Source: Alphaproteobacteria bacterium (GTDB taxonomy: Bacteria > Pseudomonadota > Alphaproteobacteria > MPNO01). Taken from it: a stretch of DNA of 64,000 nucleotides. Positions within the stretch are counted from its first letter, which is position 1; the number at the start of each line of letters is the position of its first letter. The stretch covers positions 1,696,001 through 1,760,000 of the forward strand of contig OZ219866.1 in NCBI GenBank assembly GCA_964291675.2. The letters run 5' to 3'. Shown here piece by piece: positions 19,406 to 30,538 of the stretch. The position numbers and the translations under genes were made by a program. The notes below the pieces were generated by a model. That model was not told the DNA's origin and did no database searches. It saw only the letters and a list, made by a program, of their open reading frames with translations.

Positions 19406-20125
19406 ATGAGACCATCCGGCCGGGCGCCGAACGAGATGCGCGAAGTCCTGCTTGAGCCCGGCTTCTCGAAACATGCCGAGGGCTCCTGCCTCGCCCGCTT
19501 CGGCGATACCCACGTGTTGTGCAACGCGACGGTCGAAGATCGCGTGCCGCCCTTCATCAGGAACACCGGCGCGGGCTGGGTCACGGCGGAGTACGGCATG
19601 CTGCCCCGGTCGACCCACGAACGGACCGACCGCGAGGCCGCGCGCGGCCGGCAAAGCGGCCGGACCCTCGAAATCCAGCGCCTGATCGGCCGTTCGCTGC
19701 GCGCCGTGGTCGACATGAAGATCCTCGGCGAACGCCAGGTCCGGCTCGATTGCGATGTGATCCAGGCCGATGGCGGCACCCGGACCGCCGCCATTACCGG
19801 GGCCTGGGTGGCGCTCCGCATCGCCATCGATTCGCTGCTGCAACGACAACTCATCGCCAGCGATCCCCTGATCGGTTCGGTGGCCGCCGTCTCCTGCGGA
19901 CTCGTCGATGGCGTCCCCTGCCTCGACCTAGACTATGTCGAGGACAGCGGCGCCGATACCGACGCGAACTTCGTCCTGACCGGGTCGGGCGGCATCGTCG
20001 AGATCCAGGGGACGGCGGAGAACGAACCGTTCACGCGCGGCGACTTCGATGCGCTGTTCGATCTCGCGCGGGACGGAATCGCCGCGCTCACCCGGCACCA
20101 GATGGCGGCGATCGGACCGGGTTGA
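19406..20125 (+). CDS. rph: Ribonuclease PH
   Basis: MRPSGR start; [43 protein letters not shown]. Confidence 0.96.
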   Translation: MRPSGRAPNEMREVLLEPGFSKHAEGSCLARFGDTHVLCNATVEDRVPPFIRNTGAGWVTAEYGMLPRSTHERTDREAARGRQSGRTLEIQRLIGRSLRAVVDMKILGERQVRLDCDVIQADGGTRTAAITGAWVALRIAIDSLLQRQLIASDPLIGSVAAVSCGLVDGVPCLDLDYVEDSGADTDANFVLTGSGGIVEIQGTAENEPFTRGDFDALFDLARDGIAALTRHQMAAIGPG

Positions 20126-20129
20126 GGCC

Positions 20130-20774
20130 ATGGCCCGCCGGTTCCGCGGCGCACGCATCGTCGTTGCCAGCCACAACGCGGGCAAGGTGGCCGAGATCGC
20201 CGAATTGCTCGCGCCCTACGGTATCGGGATCGACTCCGCCGGAGCGCTCGGCCTGGCCGAACCGGAGGAGACCGGAACCACCTTCCGGGAGAATGCCGCG
20301 ATCAAGGCGCTCGCCTGCGCCGGCGCCGCGGGGGAGGTCGCGCTCAGCGACGATTCGGGGCTTGAGGTGGCCGCGCTGGAGGGCGCGCCCGGCATCCATT
20401 CGGCGCGCTGGGGGGGCCCGGGGCGGGACTTCTCGCTGGCCATGCGGCGGGTGGAAGAGGCGCTGGCGCCGGACGCCGACAGGGGTGCCGCGTTCGTCTG
20501 CGCCCTCGCGCTCGCCTGGCCGGACCGGCATGTCGAGACCTTCGAAGGCCGTATCGAGGGTCGTCTCGTCTGGCCGCCGCGCGGCAAGCGGGGCTTCGGC
20601 TACGACCCGATATTCGTGCCGCGAGGCGGTCTGTTGACCTTCGGGGAGATGGATCCGGCGGAGAAACATGCGATCAGCCACCGGGCCGTCGCGTTCGGCA
20701 AGCTCGCCGCCGCCTGTCTTGCCCCCGGACCCTGGCCCGGTACGGGGCGGTCTGCGAAAGATCAGAAGCCGTAA
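20130..20774 (+). CDS. rdgB: dITP/XTP pyrophosphatase (Ham1 family)
   Basis: [27 protein letters not shown]. Confidence 0.94.
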   Translation: MARRFRGARIVVASHNAGKVAEIAELLAPYGIGIDSAGALGLAEPEETGTTFRENAAIKALACAGAAGEVALSDDSGLEVAALEGAPGIHSARWGGPGRDFSLAMRRVEEALAPDADRGAAFVCALALAWPDRHVETFEGRIEGRLVWPPRGKRGFGYDPIFVPRGGLLTFGEMDPAEKHAISHRAVAFGKLAAACLAPGPWPGTGRSAKDQKP

Positions 20775-21658
20775 TGCAGGGACAGGCGCAGCCAATGGCT
20801 TCTCAGCTCGGCGCTGGTCGGGGAGTTGGGGAGCGGCATCGCCGGGCCGTGCTCCCGCCATTCCACCCGCCCCGAGCCCGCGCCGGTATTGACGGAGAAA
20901 AGATCGACGTAACGCCATGACAGTTGCAGCGTCGACCGATTTCCCATGGTGAGCGCCAGCCCGGCCGTCACCGTCCAGGCGCGCCCGACCCGGCCCTCTC
21001 CCGGAACGATCGTCCCGATCTTCGGGAAGGACATGCGCGCCTCCCCGGTCCGCATCCGCACGGCTCCCAGCCCGCCGCCGACAAACGGGCTGAAGGAGCC
21101 CGGCTGGTATCTTCCGATCGCCGGAATGTCTACATAGGGGGAAAGCAGCTCCGACAGCGACTCTCGCAGCGCGGAAACCGGACTCTCTCCCCCGGGGGCA
21201 CCGAAGGCCGCGCGGCCCGGCACGCCGAATTCGAGGCTGTACCCCGGGACGCTCTCGCTTCTCGATTCGGGCGCAACGGCACTGTCGATACCCAGCGCGA
21301 GGTCGGGATGAGGCCCGAAGTCCCGCAAGCGGCCGAGCGGTGTGTCGTCGCCCTCTGCCGGGCAGCCGGAAGACGGGGATGCCGAGCCGCCGCCGCAATC
21401 CTCGCCGCCTTCCGCCGAACCCGGTGTGCCGTCCGGCCCCGGGCCGAGCAGCGCGAACCAATCCTGGGCCGCGACCTGACAGGGCAACAGGAAGGCCGCA
21501 ATCGCCACCGCCGTCAAGGCACATCGCCGCAGGCTCCGGACGTCCGCCGGGCGCATTGCCGGGAGTGCGAACGCGGGCGTGTCGCGGCGGCCGGGAGCCG
21601 CTCCCCCGGAATGCGTCAGGGCCATCGTCACCGAAGGGAAAGCGATGCAGCTTCGCAT
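20762..21658 (-). CDS. Outer-membrane beta-barrel (opacity/porin-like) protein
   Basis: Signal-peptide-like stretch ([19 protein letters not shown]), [16 protein letters not shown] and a terminal aromatic beta-signal (LRLSLHYGF). True start is probably downstream of the ORF-track start. Confidence 0.7.
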   Translation of the reverse strand: MRSCIAFPSVTMALTHSGGAAPGRRDTPAFALPAMRPADVRSLRRCALTAVAIAAFLLPCQVAAQDWFALLGPGPDGTPGSAEGGEDCGGGSASPSSGCPAEGDDTPLGRLRDFGPHPDLALGIDSAVAPESRSESVPGYSLEFGVPGRAAFGAPGGESPVSALRESLSELLSPYVDIPAIGRYQPGSFSPFVGGGLGAVRMRTGEARMSFPKIGTIVPGEGRVGRAWTVTAGLALTMGNRSTLQLSWRYVDLFSVNTGAGSGRVEWREHGPAMPLPNSPTSAELRSHWLRLSLHYGF

Positions 21659-21960
21659 GCCCCAGTCTCCGGCCGGTCCGACCGTCAGCGCGGCACTCTA
21701 TCCGCAAACAACCGAATCGCCATGCCGCTGGGTAGACCGGGAGCCCCCAAGGGTGCCCGGCCAGAACCCGCGCGCCGAACGCCATGTTCGATTTGCATGG
21801 TGCTTTTGTCTTACATCCCGCGGCCCTTTTCAAGTCTCGGCTGAGATCCCTTCGCCGTCGCCGCCAATGCATTCCGGACACCGCGAATCGGGATTGACGC
21901 CGGTCGCGTATGTTGATTTCTCTCGAAGCGCAGGATCGAGGTCCCACACGGAAGCGCCCG

Positions 21961-23211
21961 ATGGCCCGCTACTCGATTTTCAGCCTGGTCCGCAACGCCA
22001 TGGGCTACCACCGGGGCTGGCCCCGGGCGTGGCGCAGCCCCGAACCGCGCCCGTCATACGAAATTGTGATCGTGGGCGGCGGCGGCCACGGGCTGGCGAC
22101 CGCCTACTATCTGGCCAGGGAGCATGGCCTCACCGATATCGCGGTGCTCGAAAAAGGCTGGCTGGGCGGCGGCAATACGGGGCGCAACACCACCATCATC
22201 CGGTCCAACTATCTGTGGGACGAGAGCGCGCATCTCTACGAGAAGTCCCTGAAGCTCTACGAGGGCCTGAGCCGGGAGCTCAACTTCAACATCATGCTGA
22301 GCCAGCGGGGCGTGCTGAACCTCGCCCATAACGAGCACGATCTGAAGGAGCTCTCGCGGCGGGTACGGGCGATAAGGCTGAACGGGATCGATTCGGAAAT
22401 CCTCGACCCGCGAGGCGTGAAGGCCGAGGTGCCGATAATCAATACCTCGCCCTCGGTGCGCTATCCGATCCTGGGCGCGTCGCTGCAGCGCAGGGGCGGT
22501 ATCGCCCGCCACGACGCGGTCGCCTGGGGCTTCGCCCGCGCGGCCGACGCGCGGGGCGTCGACATCGTCCAGAACTGCGAGGTCACCGGGATCGACATCG
22601 CCGACGGCCGGGTGAGGGGGCTGGAGACGACGCGCGGCAGGATCGCCGCGCGGAAGGTGGGCCTCGTCGCCGCCGGGCATTCCAGCGTGCTGGCGGCGAT
22701 GGCGGGCCTCCGGCTGCCGATAGAGAGCCACACCCTCCAGGCGATGGTGTCGGAGCCGATCAAGCCGGTGCTCGACAGCGTCGTGATGTCGAACGCCGTG
22801 CATGTCTATGTCAGCCAGTCCGACAAGGGCGAGCTGGTGATCGGCGCCGGCATGGACGGCTACAACTCCTACTCCCAGCGCGGCAGCTTCCAGATCGTGG
22901 AAGGCCAGATGGGCGCGCTGATCGAGCTGTTTCCCATATTCTCGCGGCTCAGCCTGCTGCGCCAATGGGGCGGCATCGTCGACGTCTGCCCGGACGCGAG
23001 CCCGATCGTCGGCAAGACGCCGATTGACGGGCTCTACATCAACTGCGGCTGGGGCACCGGCGGCTTCAAGGCGACGCCCGGGTCCGGCTGGGCGTTCGCG
23101 CACACTATCGCCCGGGACAGGCCGCACGATCTCAACGCGCCCTTCGCCCTCGAACGGTTCGCGAGCGGCGCCCTGATCGACGAGCACGGCGCCGCGGCGG
23201 TGGCGCATTGA
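21961..23211 (+). CDS. soxB: Sarcosine oxidase subunit beta
   Basis: [46 protein letters not shown], terminal [11 protein letters not shown]. Confidence 0.95.
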   Translation: MARYSIFSLVRNAMGYHRGWPRAWRSPEPRPSYEIVIVGGGGHGLATAYYLAREHGLTDIAVLEKGWLGGGNTGRNTTIIRSNYLWDESAHLYEKSLKLYEGLSRELNFNIMLSQRGVLNLAHNEHDLKELSRRVRAIRLNGIDSEILDPRGVKAEVPIINTSPSVRYPILGASLQRRGGIARHDAVAWGFARAADARGVDIVQNCEVTGIDIADGRVRGLETTRGRIAARKVGLVAAGHSSVLAAMAGLRLPIESHTLQAMVSEPIKPVLDSVVMSNAVHVYVSQSDKGELVIGAGMDGYNSYSQRGSFQIVEGQMGALIELFPIFSRLSLLRQWGGIVDVCPDASPIVGKTPIDGLYINCGWGTGGFKATPGSGWAFAHTIARDRPHDLNAPFALERFASGALIDEHGAAAVAH

Positions 23212-23218
23212 GGCCGCC

Positions 23219-23503
23219 ATGCTGCTGATCCCCTGTCCCTGGTGCGGCGCCCGCGACGAGAGCGAGTTCACCTGCGGCGGCGAGGCGCATATCCAGCGCC
23301 CGGCCGATCCCGACGCGCTCGACGATGCGCAATGGGCCGACTACCTGTTCATGCGGTCCAACCCGAAGGGGGGTCATCGAGAGCGCTGGTGCCACAGCCA
23401 TGGCTGCGGGCGCTGGTTCAACGTCGAGCGGGACACGGTCACGCACGAGATCGTCTCGGTCTACCGCATGGGCGAGCCGCCCCCGGGCGGGGACGGGTCG
23501 TGA
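23219..23503 (+). CDS. soxD: Sarcosine oxidase subunit delta
   Basis: MLLIPCPWCGARDESEF, RSNPKG, HGCGRWFN. Confidence 0.95.
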   Translation: MLLIPCPWCGARDESEFTCGGEAHIQRPADPDALDDAQWADYLFMRSNPKGGHRERWCHSHGCGRWFNVERDTVTHEIVSVYRMGEPPPGGDGS

Positions 23504-26442
23504 CCGGGCAACCGCATCGTCTGCCCGAAGGCGGCGCGATCGACCGGTCGCGGCCGATCGGGTTTTCCTTCAACCGGCGGCGCTATACCGGGTTCGCCGG
23601 CGACACGCTGGCCTCGGCCCTGCTGGCGAACGGCGTGCATCTCGTCGGGCGGAGCTTCAAGTACCACCGGCCGCGCGGCATCCTGTCCGCCGGCACGGAA
23701 GAGCCCAATGCGATCGTGCAGCTCGGCTCCGGGGCGCGCGGCATACCCAACGCCAGGGCCACGCGGGTCGAGCTGCATGAAGGTCTTGCCGCAAGCAGCG
23801 TAAATTGCTGGCCCGGCCCGGGGCTCGACCTGGGCGCGGTCAACGACCTCGCCCACCGTCTGATCCCGGCCGGGTTCTACTACAAGACCTTCATGTGGCC
23901 GCATCGCGGCTGGCATTTCTACGAACGGCTGATCCGCCGCATGGCGGGGCTGGGGCGGGCGCCGGACGGTCCCGATCCCGACCGGTACGAGCGCATGAAC
24001 GCGCATTGCGACGTGCTCGTGGTCGGCGCCGGTCCGGCCGGGCTGGCCGCCGCGCTTGCGGCGGGGCAAGGCGGGGCGCGGGTGATCCTCGCCGACGAGC
24101 GAGGCGCGCCGGGCGGCACGCTCCAGGATGCCGCCGATACCGGCCGGCTCGGCGAGATGTTGGCCGAGCTGGACACCCTCGACAACGTTCGCGTCCTCAC
24201 CCGGACCACGGTCGCCGGCTATTTCGACTACAATTTCCTGACCGCGCTGGAGCGCGTCGCCGACCGTCTCGGCCCCGGCGCGCCGGCGCATCTGCCGCGC
24301 CAGCGGCTGTGGCGCATCCGGGCCGGGCGGGTGGTGCTGGCGACCGGCGCCCTGGAACGCCCGCTGGTCTTCGCCAACAACGACCGGCCGGGGATCATGC
24401 TGGCCGCCGCCGTCCGTGCCTATGTCAACCGCTTCGCCGTGCTCCCGGGCCGGCGCGCCGTCGTCGTCACCGACAACGACAGCGCCTATGACAGCGCCCT
24501 CGATCTCCACCGGCATGGCATGGAGATAGCCGCCATCGTCGATCTCCGCCCGGACGGCGAGAGCGGGAGACCCGCGGAGGCTCGTGCCGCCGGACTCGAA
24601 GTCCTCGCGGGCCACGCCGTCGTCGACAGCGGCGGGCGGCGCCGGGTGCGGACCGCCCTTGTGGCGAAGCTCGACGACGACGGATCGCCGGCCGGGCCGG
24701 TCCGCAGCCTGGGCTGCGATCTGATCGCGATGTCGGGCGGCTGGAACCCGGCGGTGCATCTGTTCTCGCAATCCGGCGGGAGACTGCGCTACGACGAGGC
24801 TCTCCGGGCCTTCCTGCCGGAGAACGCCCCGCAAGCGGTGCGCTGCGCGGGCGCCATCAACGGAACCGCGGACACCGGGTCCTGTGTTGCCGAAGGGCGC
24901 GCCGCCGGGGCGGGAGAGCCCGATAGCCGGGCGGCGAGGCCGGTGGAGGCCGCGGCACGCGCGTTATGGGCGGTGCCGGCGAGAAACCGGGCCGGCGAGG
25001 GGCGGCGCTTCGTCGATTTCCAGAACGACGTGACTTCGGCCGATATCGCGCTGGCGGCGCGCGAGGGCTACGAGTCGGTCGAGCACGTGAAGCGCTACAC
25101 CACGCTTGGCATGGGCACCGACCAGGGCAAGACCGGGAACGTCGCCGGGCTCGCGATCCTCGCCCATACCCTCGGCCTTGCGATCCCCGAGGTCGGGACG
25201 ACCACCTTCCGCCCGCCCTACGATCCCGTCACCTTCGGCGCCATCGCCGGGCGCGACGTGGGAAAGCTGGCGGACCCGGTGCGCCGGACGCCGATGCATC
25301 GCTGGCACGCGGAGGCGGGCGCCGTCTTCGAGGATGTCGGCCAGTGGAAGCGGCCCTTCTACTACCCGCGCGACGGCGAGACCAAGCACGACGCGGTAGC
25401 GCGCGAGTGCCTCGCCGTGCGCAACGCCGCCGGCATCATGGATGCGAGCACGCTCGGCAAGATCCTGGTCCGCGGCCCCGACGCCCGGGAGTTTCTGAAC
25501 CGGGTCTACACCAACGCATGGGACCGCCTTGAGGTCGGGCGCTGCCGCTACGGGCTGATGCTGGGCGAGGACGGCATGGTTCTCGACGACGGCGTCACGG
25601 CGTGCCTCTCGGAAGACCGGTTCCTGACGACCACAACCACCGGCAATGCATCGCGGGTCTTCGCCTGGCTGGAGGAGTGGCTGCAGACGGAGTGGCCCGA
25701 TCTCAGGGTCTATCTCACCTCGCTCACCGAGCAGCTCGCCACGGTGGCGCTCGCCGGCCCCGATTCCCGGGCGATTCTCGGCGCGCTCTGCGACGATATC
25801 GACCTGGAGCCCGGGGCATTCCCGTTCATGGCCTGGCGCGAGGGCCGGGTGGCCGGGCTGCCGGCGCGAGTGTTCCGGGTCAGCTACACGGGCGAGCTGT
25901 CATACGAGATCGTCGTTGCCGCCGAGAGCGCGATGGAGCTCTGGGCCGCGCTGACCGCACCCGACCGCGCCGTCACCCCGTTCGGGACGGAAGCCATGCA
26001 CGTGCTGCGCGCCGAGAAGGGCTATCTGATGATCGGCCAGGAGACCGACGGCACGGTGATGCCGCTCGACCTCGACATGAGCTGGATCCTGAGCCGGAAG
26101 AAGGATTTTTTGGGCCGCCGGTCGCTCGCCCGCCCCGCCATGCGCGACCCGATGCGCAAGCGGCTGGTGGGGCTGGAGACCGAGGACCCCGCGACGGTGC
26201 TGCCCGAGGGCGCGCAGATCCTCGGCACGCCGCCGATGGGCGCGCCCGAGACCATGATCGGCCACGTCACCTCCAGCTACTGGAGCGCCGCGCTCGGCCG
26301 CTCGATCGCGCTGGCGCTGGTCCGGGGCGGCCGCGACCGGGAGCCGGCGACGGTCCACGTGCCGCTCGACGACCGCACCGTGCGCGCGGAGATTCGCGAT
26401 CCGCGGTTCTACGATCCCGAAGGGGCGCGGATGAATGGCTGA
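23500..26442 (+). CDS. soxA: Sarcosine oxidase subunit alpha
   Basis: GTG start overlapping the soxD stop; GDTLASALLANG, RSFKYHRPRG, KRYTTLGMGTDQGK, GcvT-like C-terminal domain. Confidence 0.95.
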   Translation: MTGQPHRLPEGGAIDRSRPIGFSFNRRRYTGFAGDTLASALLANGVHLVGRSFKYHRPRGILSAGTEEPNAIVQLGSGARGIPNARATRVELHEGLAASSVNCWPGPGLDLGAVNDLAHRLIPAGFYYKTFMWPHRGWHFYERLIRRMAGLGRAPDGPDPDRYERMNAHCDVLVVGAGPAGLAAALAAGQGGARVILADERGAPGGTLQDAADTGRLGEMLAELDTLDNVRVLTRTTVAGYFDYNFLTALERVADRLGPGAPAHLPRQRLWRIRAGRVVLATGALERPLVFANNDRPGIMLAAAVRAYVNRFAVLPGRRAVVVTDNDSAYDSALDLHRHGMEIAAIVDLRPDGESGRPAEARAAGLEVLAGHAVVDSGGRRRVRTALVAKLDDDGSPAGPVRSLGCDLIAMSGGWNPAVHLFSQSGGRLRYDEALRAFLPENAPQAVRCAGAINGTADTGSCVAEGRAAGAGEPDSRAARPVEAAARALWAVPARNRAGEGRRFVDFQNDVTSADIALAAREGYESVEHVKRYTTLGMGTDQGKTGNVAGLAILAHTLGLAIPEVGTTTFRPPYDPVTFGAIAGRDVGKLADPVRRTPMHRWHAEAGAVFEDVGQWKRPFYYPRDGETKHDAVARECLAVRNAAGIMDASTLGKILVRGPDAREFLNRVYTNAWDRLEVGRCRYGLMLGEDGMVLDDGVTACLSEDRFLTTTTTGNASRVFAWLEEWLQTEWPDLRVYLTSLTEQLATVALAGPDSRAILGALCDDIDLEPGAFPFMAWREGRVAGLPARVFRVSYTGELSYEIVVAAESAMELWAALTAPDRAVTPFGTEAMHVLRAEKGYLMIGQETDGTVMPLDLDMSWILSRKKDFLGRRSLARPAMRDPMRKRLVGLETEDPATVLPEGAQILGTPPMGAPETMIGHVTSSYWSAALGRSIALALVRGGRDREPATVHVPLDDRTVRAEIRDPRFYDPEGARMNG

Positions 26443-26983
26443 GCCAGCACAGGGTGTCGAGCTGCGCGTCTGTCCGCCGCGCGGCCGGATCGACCTGCGC
26501 GGCGATCCGGCCGATCCCGCATTCGCGGCGGCGGTCTCCGGCGTCCTCGGCCTGGAACCGCCGCCGACACCCAACGCCAGCCGCGCCGCCGACCGGGCCT
26601 GCGTCCTTTGGCTCGGCCCCGATGCGTGGCTGATCGAAACCGAGCGGGCGACGGAGTCCGAGGTCGCGGAGGCGCTGGCGCGGGCGCTCTCGGACCTCCA
26701 TTCCTCGGTCGCGGTCGTCGGCGACGGCAGCGTTGCGTTCTCCGTCTCCGGCCCGAGGGCGGCGGACGTGCTGGCGAAGGGGATGACGCTGGACCTCGAT
26801 CCGGCCCGGTTCCGCGCGGCGCACTGCGCCCGCTCCCTGCTCGCCCGGATCCCGGTTCTGCTTCACCGGCCCGGCGACGATGCGGTCTACGAAGTCACCG
26901 TTGCGCGCAGCTACTCGGAGCATGCGCTGGACTGGCTCCGGGACGCGGCGCTGGAGTACGGCGGTGTCGGCGAGCCTTCCTGA
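26435..26983 (+). CDS. soxG: Sarcosine oxidase subunit gamma
   Basis: LWLGPDAWL, GPRAADVLAKG, ARSYSEH...WL; position after soxA. Confidence 0.9.
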   Translation: MAEPAQGVELRVCPPRGRIDLRGDPADPAFAAAVSGVLGLEPPPTPNASRAADRACVLWLGPDAWLIETERATESEVAEALARALSDLHSSVAVVGDGSVAFSVSGPRAADVLAKGMTLDLDPARFRAAHCARSLLARIPVLLHRPGDDAVYEVTVARSYSEHALDWLRDAALEYGGVGEPS

Positions 26984-27002
26984 CATCGTCTCCGCCCGGC
27001 GA

Positions 27003-28217
27003 ATGCGCTCCTCCGCGGGCTTCGCCGTGGATGCGCGCACGCTCGGCCTCTACGTCCACTGGCCGTTCTGCCGGTCGAAATGCCCCTATTGCGACTTCAA
27101 CAGCCATGTCGAGACGGCGATCGACCAGCGGCGCTGGCGCGACGCGCTGGCAGCCGAGATCCGTCACTTCGCCGCCCTCACCCCGGGCCGCCGCTTGCAG
27201 ACGATCTTCTTCGGCGGCGGCACCCCATCGCTGATGCCGCCGGAGACGGTGGCCGCCGTCATCGAGACGGCAAGGGCGTGCTGGGAGACCGCGCAGGACA
27301 TCGAGATCACGCTTGAGGCCAACCCGACCTCGGTGGAGGCGGCGCGGCTCTCCGCCTACCGCGCGGCCGGGGTGGGGCGGCTCTCGCTCGGCGTGCAGTC
27401 CCTGGACGCGAGGGGGCTCGCGGCGCTCGGGCGCGAGCACGGGGTGGACGAGGCGATCGGGGCGGTCGCCGCCGCGCATGCGCTGTTCGAGCGCGTCTCG
27501 TTCGACCTGATATACGCCTGGCCGGGTCAGACCAGGAGCGGCTGGCGTCGCGAGCTCGCGCGCGCGCTCGAACACGCCGGCACCCATCTCTCGGCCTATC
27601 GGCTCACCGTCGAGCCCGGCACCGCGTTCCACGGGCTTCATCGCCGGGGCGAGCTCGTCCTGCCGCCCGACGACGAGCAGGCCGGGTTCTTCGAGGACAC
27701 GAGGTCGATACTCGCCGATGCCGGGCTGCCCGCCTACGAGATCTCCAACCACGCGCGTCCGGGCGACGAGTGCCGCCACAACCTGATCTACTGGCTGTCC
27801 GCCGACTATGCCGGCGTCGGGCCGGGCGCCCACGGGCGCATCGCCGGCGAGGGACGGACCACGGCCTTTGCGCAGCGCCGCGCGCCGGAGGCGTGGCGCG
27901 CGGCGGTGGAGGCGGCCGGCCACGCCACCCTCTCCGAGACCGTGCTGGAGCCGTCCGAACGGCTGGAGGAGATCGCCATGATGGGGCTCCGCCTCGCCGA
28001 CGGGATTCCGCGCTCGCGCTTCGCGGCGCTGACCGGACGGCCGCCCGAGGCGCTGTTCGATCCGGCGGCGCTGGAGCGGCTGTCGGCGGGCGGGTTCCTG
28101 GAGCTCGACGACCGGGGGTTGCGCGCGACGCCGGCCGGACGGCAGCGTCTCGACGCTGTGCTCGCCGCCCTGCTCGCCTCGGCCGCCTCCTTGCGCCCCG
28201 CTACCGCATCCCGATAG
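27003..28217 (+). CDS. hemW: Radical SAM heme chaperone HemW
   Basis: LYVHWPFCRSKCPYCDFNSH, IFFGGGTPS, EITLEANPT, YEISNHA. Start uncertain (26964 or 27003). Confidence 0.92.
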   Translation: MRSSAGFAVDARTLGLYVHWPFCRSKCPYCDFNSHVETAIDQRRWRDALAAEIRHFAALTPGRRLQTIFFGGGTPSLMPPETVAAVIETARACWETAQDIEITLEANPTSVEAARLSAYRAAGVGRLSLGVQSLDARGLAALGREHGVDEAIGAVAAAHALFERVSFDLIYAWPGQTRSGWRRELARALEHAGTHLSAYRLTVEPGTAFHGLHRRGELVLPPDDEQAGFFEDTRSILADAGLPAYEISNHARPGDECRHNLIYWLSADYAGVGPGAHGRIAGEGRTTAFAQRRAPEAWRAAVEAAGHATLSETVLEPSERLEEIAMMGLRLADGIPRSRFAALTGRPPEALFDPAALERLSAGGFLELDDRGLRATPAGRQRLDAVLAALLASAASLRPATASR

Positions 28218-28251
28218 GGTCCCGCGCCAACAACGAGGGTGACCGCGCGCC

Positions 28252-29109
28252 ATGCCGGAACCGCCGGCTCGTCCGATCCCGCCCGGGCTTCATCTGGTGT
28301 CGACGCCGATCGGCAATCTGCGCGACATCACCCTGCGGGCGCTGGACACCCTGCGCGGCGCCGACCTGATCGCCTGCGAGGACACGCGGGTGACGCGCAA
28401 GCTGCTGACGGCGCATGGCATCGCCGGCCGGCTCGCCGCCTATCACGACCACAACGCCGCCGAGGCCGGACCGCGCCTGATCGCCCGGCTGGAGGCCGGC
28501 GAGGCGGTCGCGCTGGTGAGCGACGCCGGGACGCCGCTGATCTCCGATCCCGGGTTCCGGCTGGTGGGCGAGGCAAACGCGCGCGGCATCGCCGTGACCG
28601 TGCTGCCCGGGCCCTCGGCGCCGCTCGCCGCCCTGGTGCTGTCGGGCCAGCCGACCGACCGCTTCCACTTCGCGGGATTCGCGCCGCCGCGCCCGGCCGC
28701 GCGCCGGGCGTTCCTGCGCAGCCTTGCCGGCATCGACGCGACGCTGGTGCTGCTCGAATCGCCCCGCCGCCTGCGCGCGGCGCTCGCCGACATGAACGCG
28801 GTTCTCGGCCCCCGGCCGGCGGCGGTCGCGCGCGAGCTCACCAAGCTGCACGAGGAGGTCGCGCGGGGCGACCTCGCATCGCTCGCCGCCAGGTATGGGG
28901 GCGAAGGTCCGGCGCGCGGGGAGATCGTCGTCGTCGTCGGCCCGCCCGACGCGCCTGAGCCCGCCGGCGACGCGGAGATCGACGCCCGGCTTCGCGAAGC
29001 CCTGACCGCCATGTCGGTCCGCGACGCCGCCGCGCTGGTTGCCGAAGCCACCGACACGCCGCGCCGCCGGGTCTACCGGCGCGCGCTCGCCCTCGGCCGA
29101 CATCCGTGA
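28252..29109 (+). CDS. rsmI: 16S rRNA C1402 2'-O-methyltransferase
   Basis: [41 protein letters not shown]. Confidence 0.95.
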   Translation: MPEPPARPIPPGLHLVSTPIGNLRDITLRALDTLRGADLIACEDTRVTRKLLTAHGIAGRLAAYHDHNAAEAGPRLIARLEAGEAVALVSDAGTPLISDPGFRLVGEANARGIAVTVLPGPSAPLAALVLSGQPTDRFHFAGFAPPRPAARRAFLRSLAGIDATLVLLESPRRLRAALADMNAVLGPRPAAVARELTKLHEEVARGDLASLAARYGGEGPARGEIVVVVGPPDAPEPAGDAEIDARLREALTAMSVRDAAALVAEATDTPRRRVYRRALALGRHP

Positions 29110-29453
29110 CCGGAAAGCGAGAGGCCGAACGCTTCGGGCGCTGGGCCGAGCGCGCGGCGTCGGTCTACCTCTCACTCAAGGGCTATCGCATTCTCGCCCG
29201 CCGGTTCCGCTCGCCCGCCGGCGAGATCGATCTGGTGGCGCGGCGCGGGCGGCTGGTGGTCTATGTCGAGGTCAAGGCACGCCGCGGCGAGCCCGCCGAG
29301 ATCCCCGGCCGGCAACGACGCCGCATCCTTCGCGCGGCCGAGCACTTTCTGAAGCTGCGCCCAGAGCTGGCATCCTGCGACCAGCGGTTCGACGCGATCC
29401 TGATCGCTCCGGCGCGGCTGCCGACCCATCTGAAGGATGCTTGGCGGGGCTAG
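29106..29453 (+). CDS. YraN family putative endonuclease
   Basis: GRWAE, GEIDLVA, VEVKAR, RFDAI; usual position after rsmI. Confidence 0.9.
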   Translation: MTGKREAERFGRWAERAASVYLSLKGYRILARRFRSPAGEIDLVARRGRLVVYVEVKARRGEPAEIPGRQRRRILRAAEHFLKLRPELASCDQRFDAILIAPARLPTHLKDAWRG

Positions 29454-29518
29454 AGAGCACCGGCACTATGGCGCAACCGCGTTCCGGCGGACGCGGACCC
29501 GAACCCGAAGGAACCGCG

Positions 29519-30472
29519 ATGAGCCTTACCGTCGCCATTCAGATGGATCCGATCGAATCGATCGACATCGACGCGGACAGCACCTTCGTGCTCGCGCTCG
29601 AAGCGGCGCGCCGGGGGTACGCGCTGTACCACTACCTCCCCGACAATCTCGCCTTCAGGGACGGGCGGATCTATGCCAAGGCGCGGCCGCTCGCCGTGCG
29701 CCGGAAGCAGGGCGATCACTTCACCCTCGGAGAGGAGCGGGAGCTCGACCTGGCGCAGGCGGATATCGTCCTGATGCGCCAGGACCCGCCCTTCGACATG
29801 GCCTACATCACCGCGACCCACCTGCTCGAGCACATCCACCCGGAGACGCTCGTGGTCAACGACCCCGGGCATGTGCGCAACGCGCCCGAAAAGCTCTTCG
29901 TCACCCGCTTCGAGGGCCTGCTGCCGCCGACATTGATCGCCGCGGACCGCGACGAGATCCTCGCCTTCCGGGCCGAACACCGGGACATCGTGGTCAAGCC
30001 GCTGTTCGGCAATGGCGGCGCGGGCGTGTTCCATGTGAAACCGGAAGACGAGAATCTCGGCGCACTGCTCGAAATGTTCGCCGAGAGCTTTCGCGAGCCC
30101 ATCATCGTCCAGCGCTACTTGCCGGAGATCCGCGACGGCGACAAGCGCATCATCCTGGTCGACGGCGAGCCGGTGGGCGGGGTGAGCCGGATGCCGCAGG
30201 ACGGCGAGGCGCGCGCCAATTTCCACGCCGGCGGCGCCGCCAGGAAGGCGGCGCTGACGCCGCGCGAAAGGGACATCTGCGCCCGCATCGGCCCGGCGCT
30301 GCGCGACCGCGGGCTGATCTTCGTCGGGATCGACGTGATCGGCGACTTCCTGACCGAGATCAACGTGACCTCGCCGACCGGCATCCAGGAGATCAACCGG
30401 CTCGACGGCATCTGCATCGAGGCGACGATCTGGGACGCGATCGAACGGCGCTACGCGGCGACGCGGGGGTAG
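29519..30472 (+). CDS. gshB: Glutathione synthetase
   Basis: [37 protein letters not shown]. Confidence 0.96.
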   Translation: MSLTVAIQMDPIESIDIDADSTFVLALEAARRGYALYHYLPDNLAFRDGRIYAKARPLAVRRKQGDHFTLGEERELDLAQADIVLMRQDPPFDMAYITATHLLEHIHPETLVVNDPGHVRNAPEKLFVTRFEGLLPPTLIAADRDEILAFRAEHRDIVVKPLFGNGGAGVFHVKPEDENLGALLEMFAESFREPIIVQRYLPEIRDGDKRIILVDGEPVGGVSRMPQDGEARANFHAGGAARKAALTPRERDICARIGPALRDRGLIFVGIDVIGDFLTEINVTSPTGIQEINRLDGICIEATIWDAIERRYAATRG

Positions 30473-30538
30473 GGTGCCCCCCGCGTCATGGCCGGCAATG
30501 CAATTATGTGGCGAGCGAGAGTGCGCTATGATGTCGTC

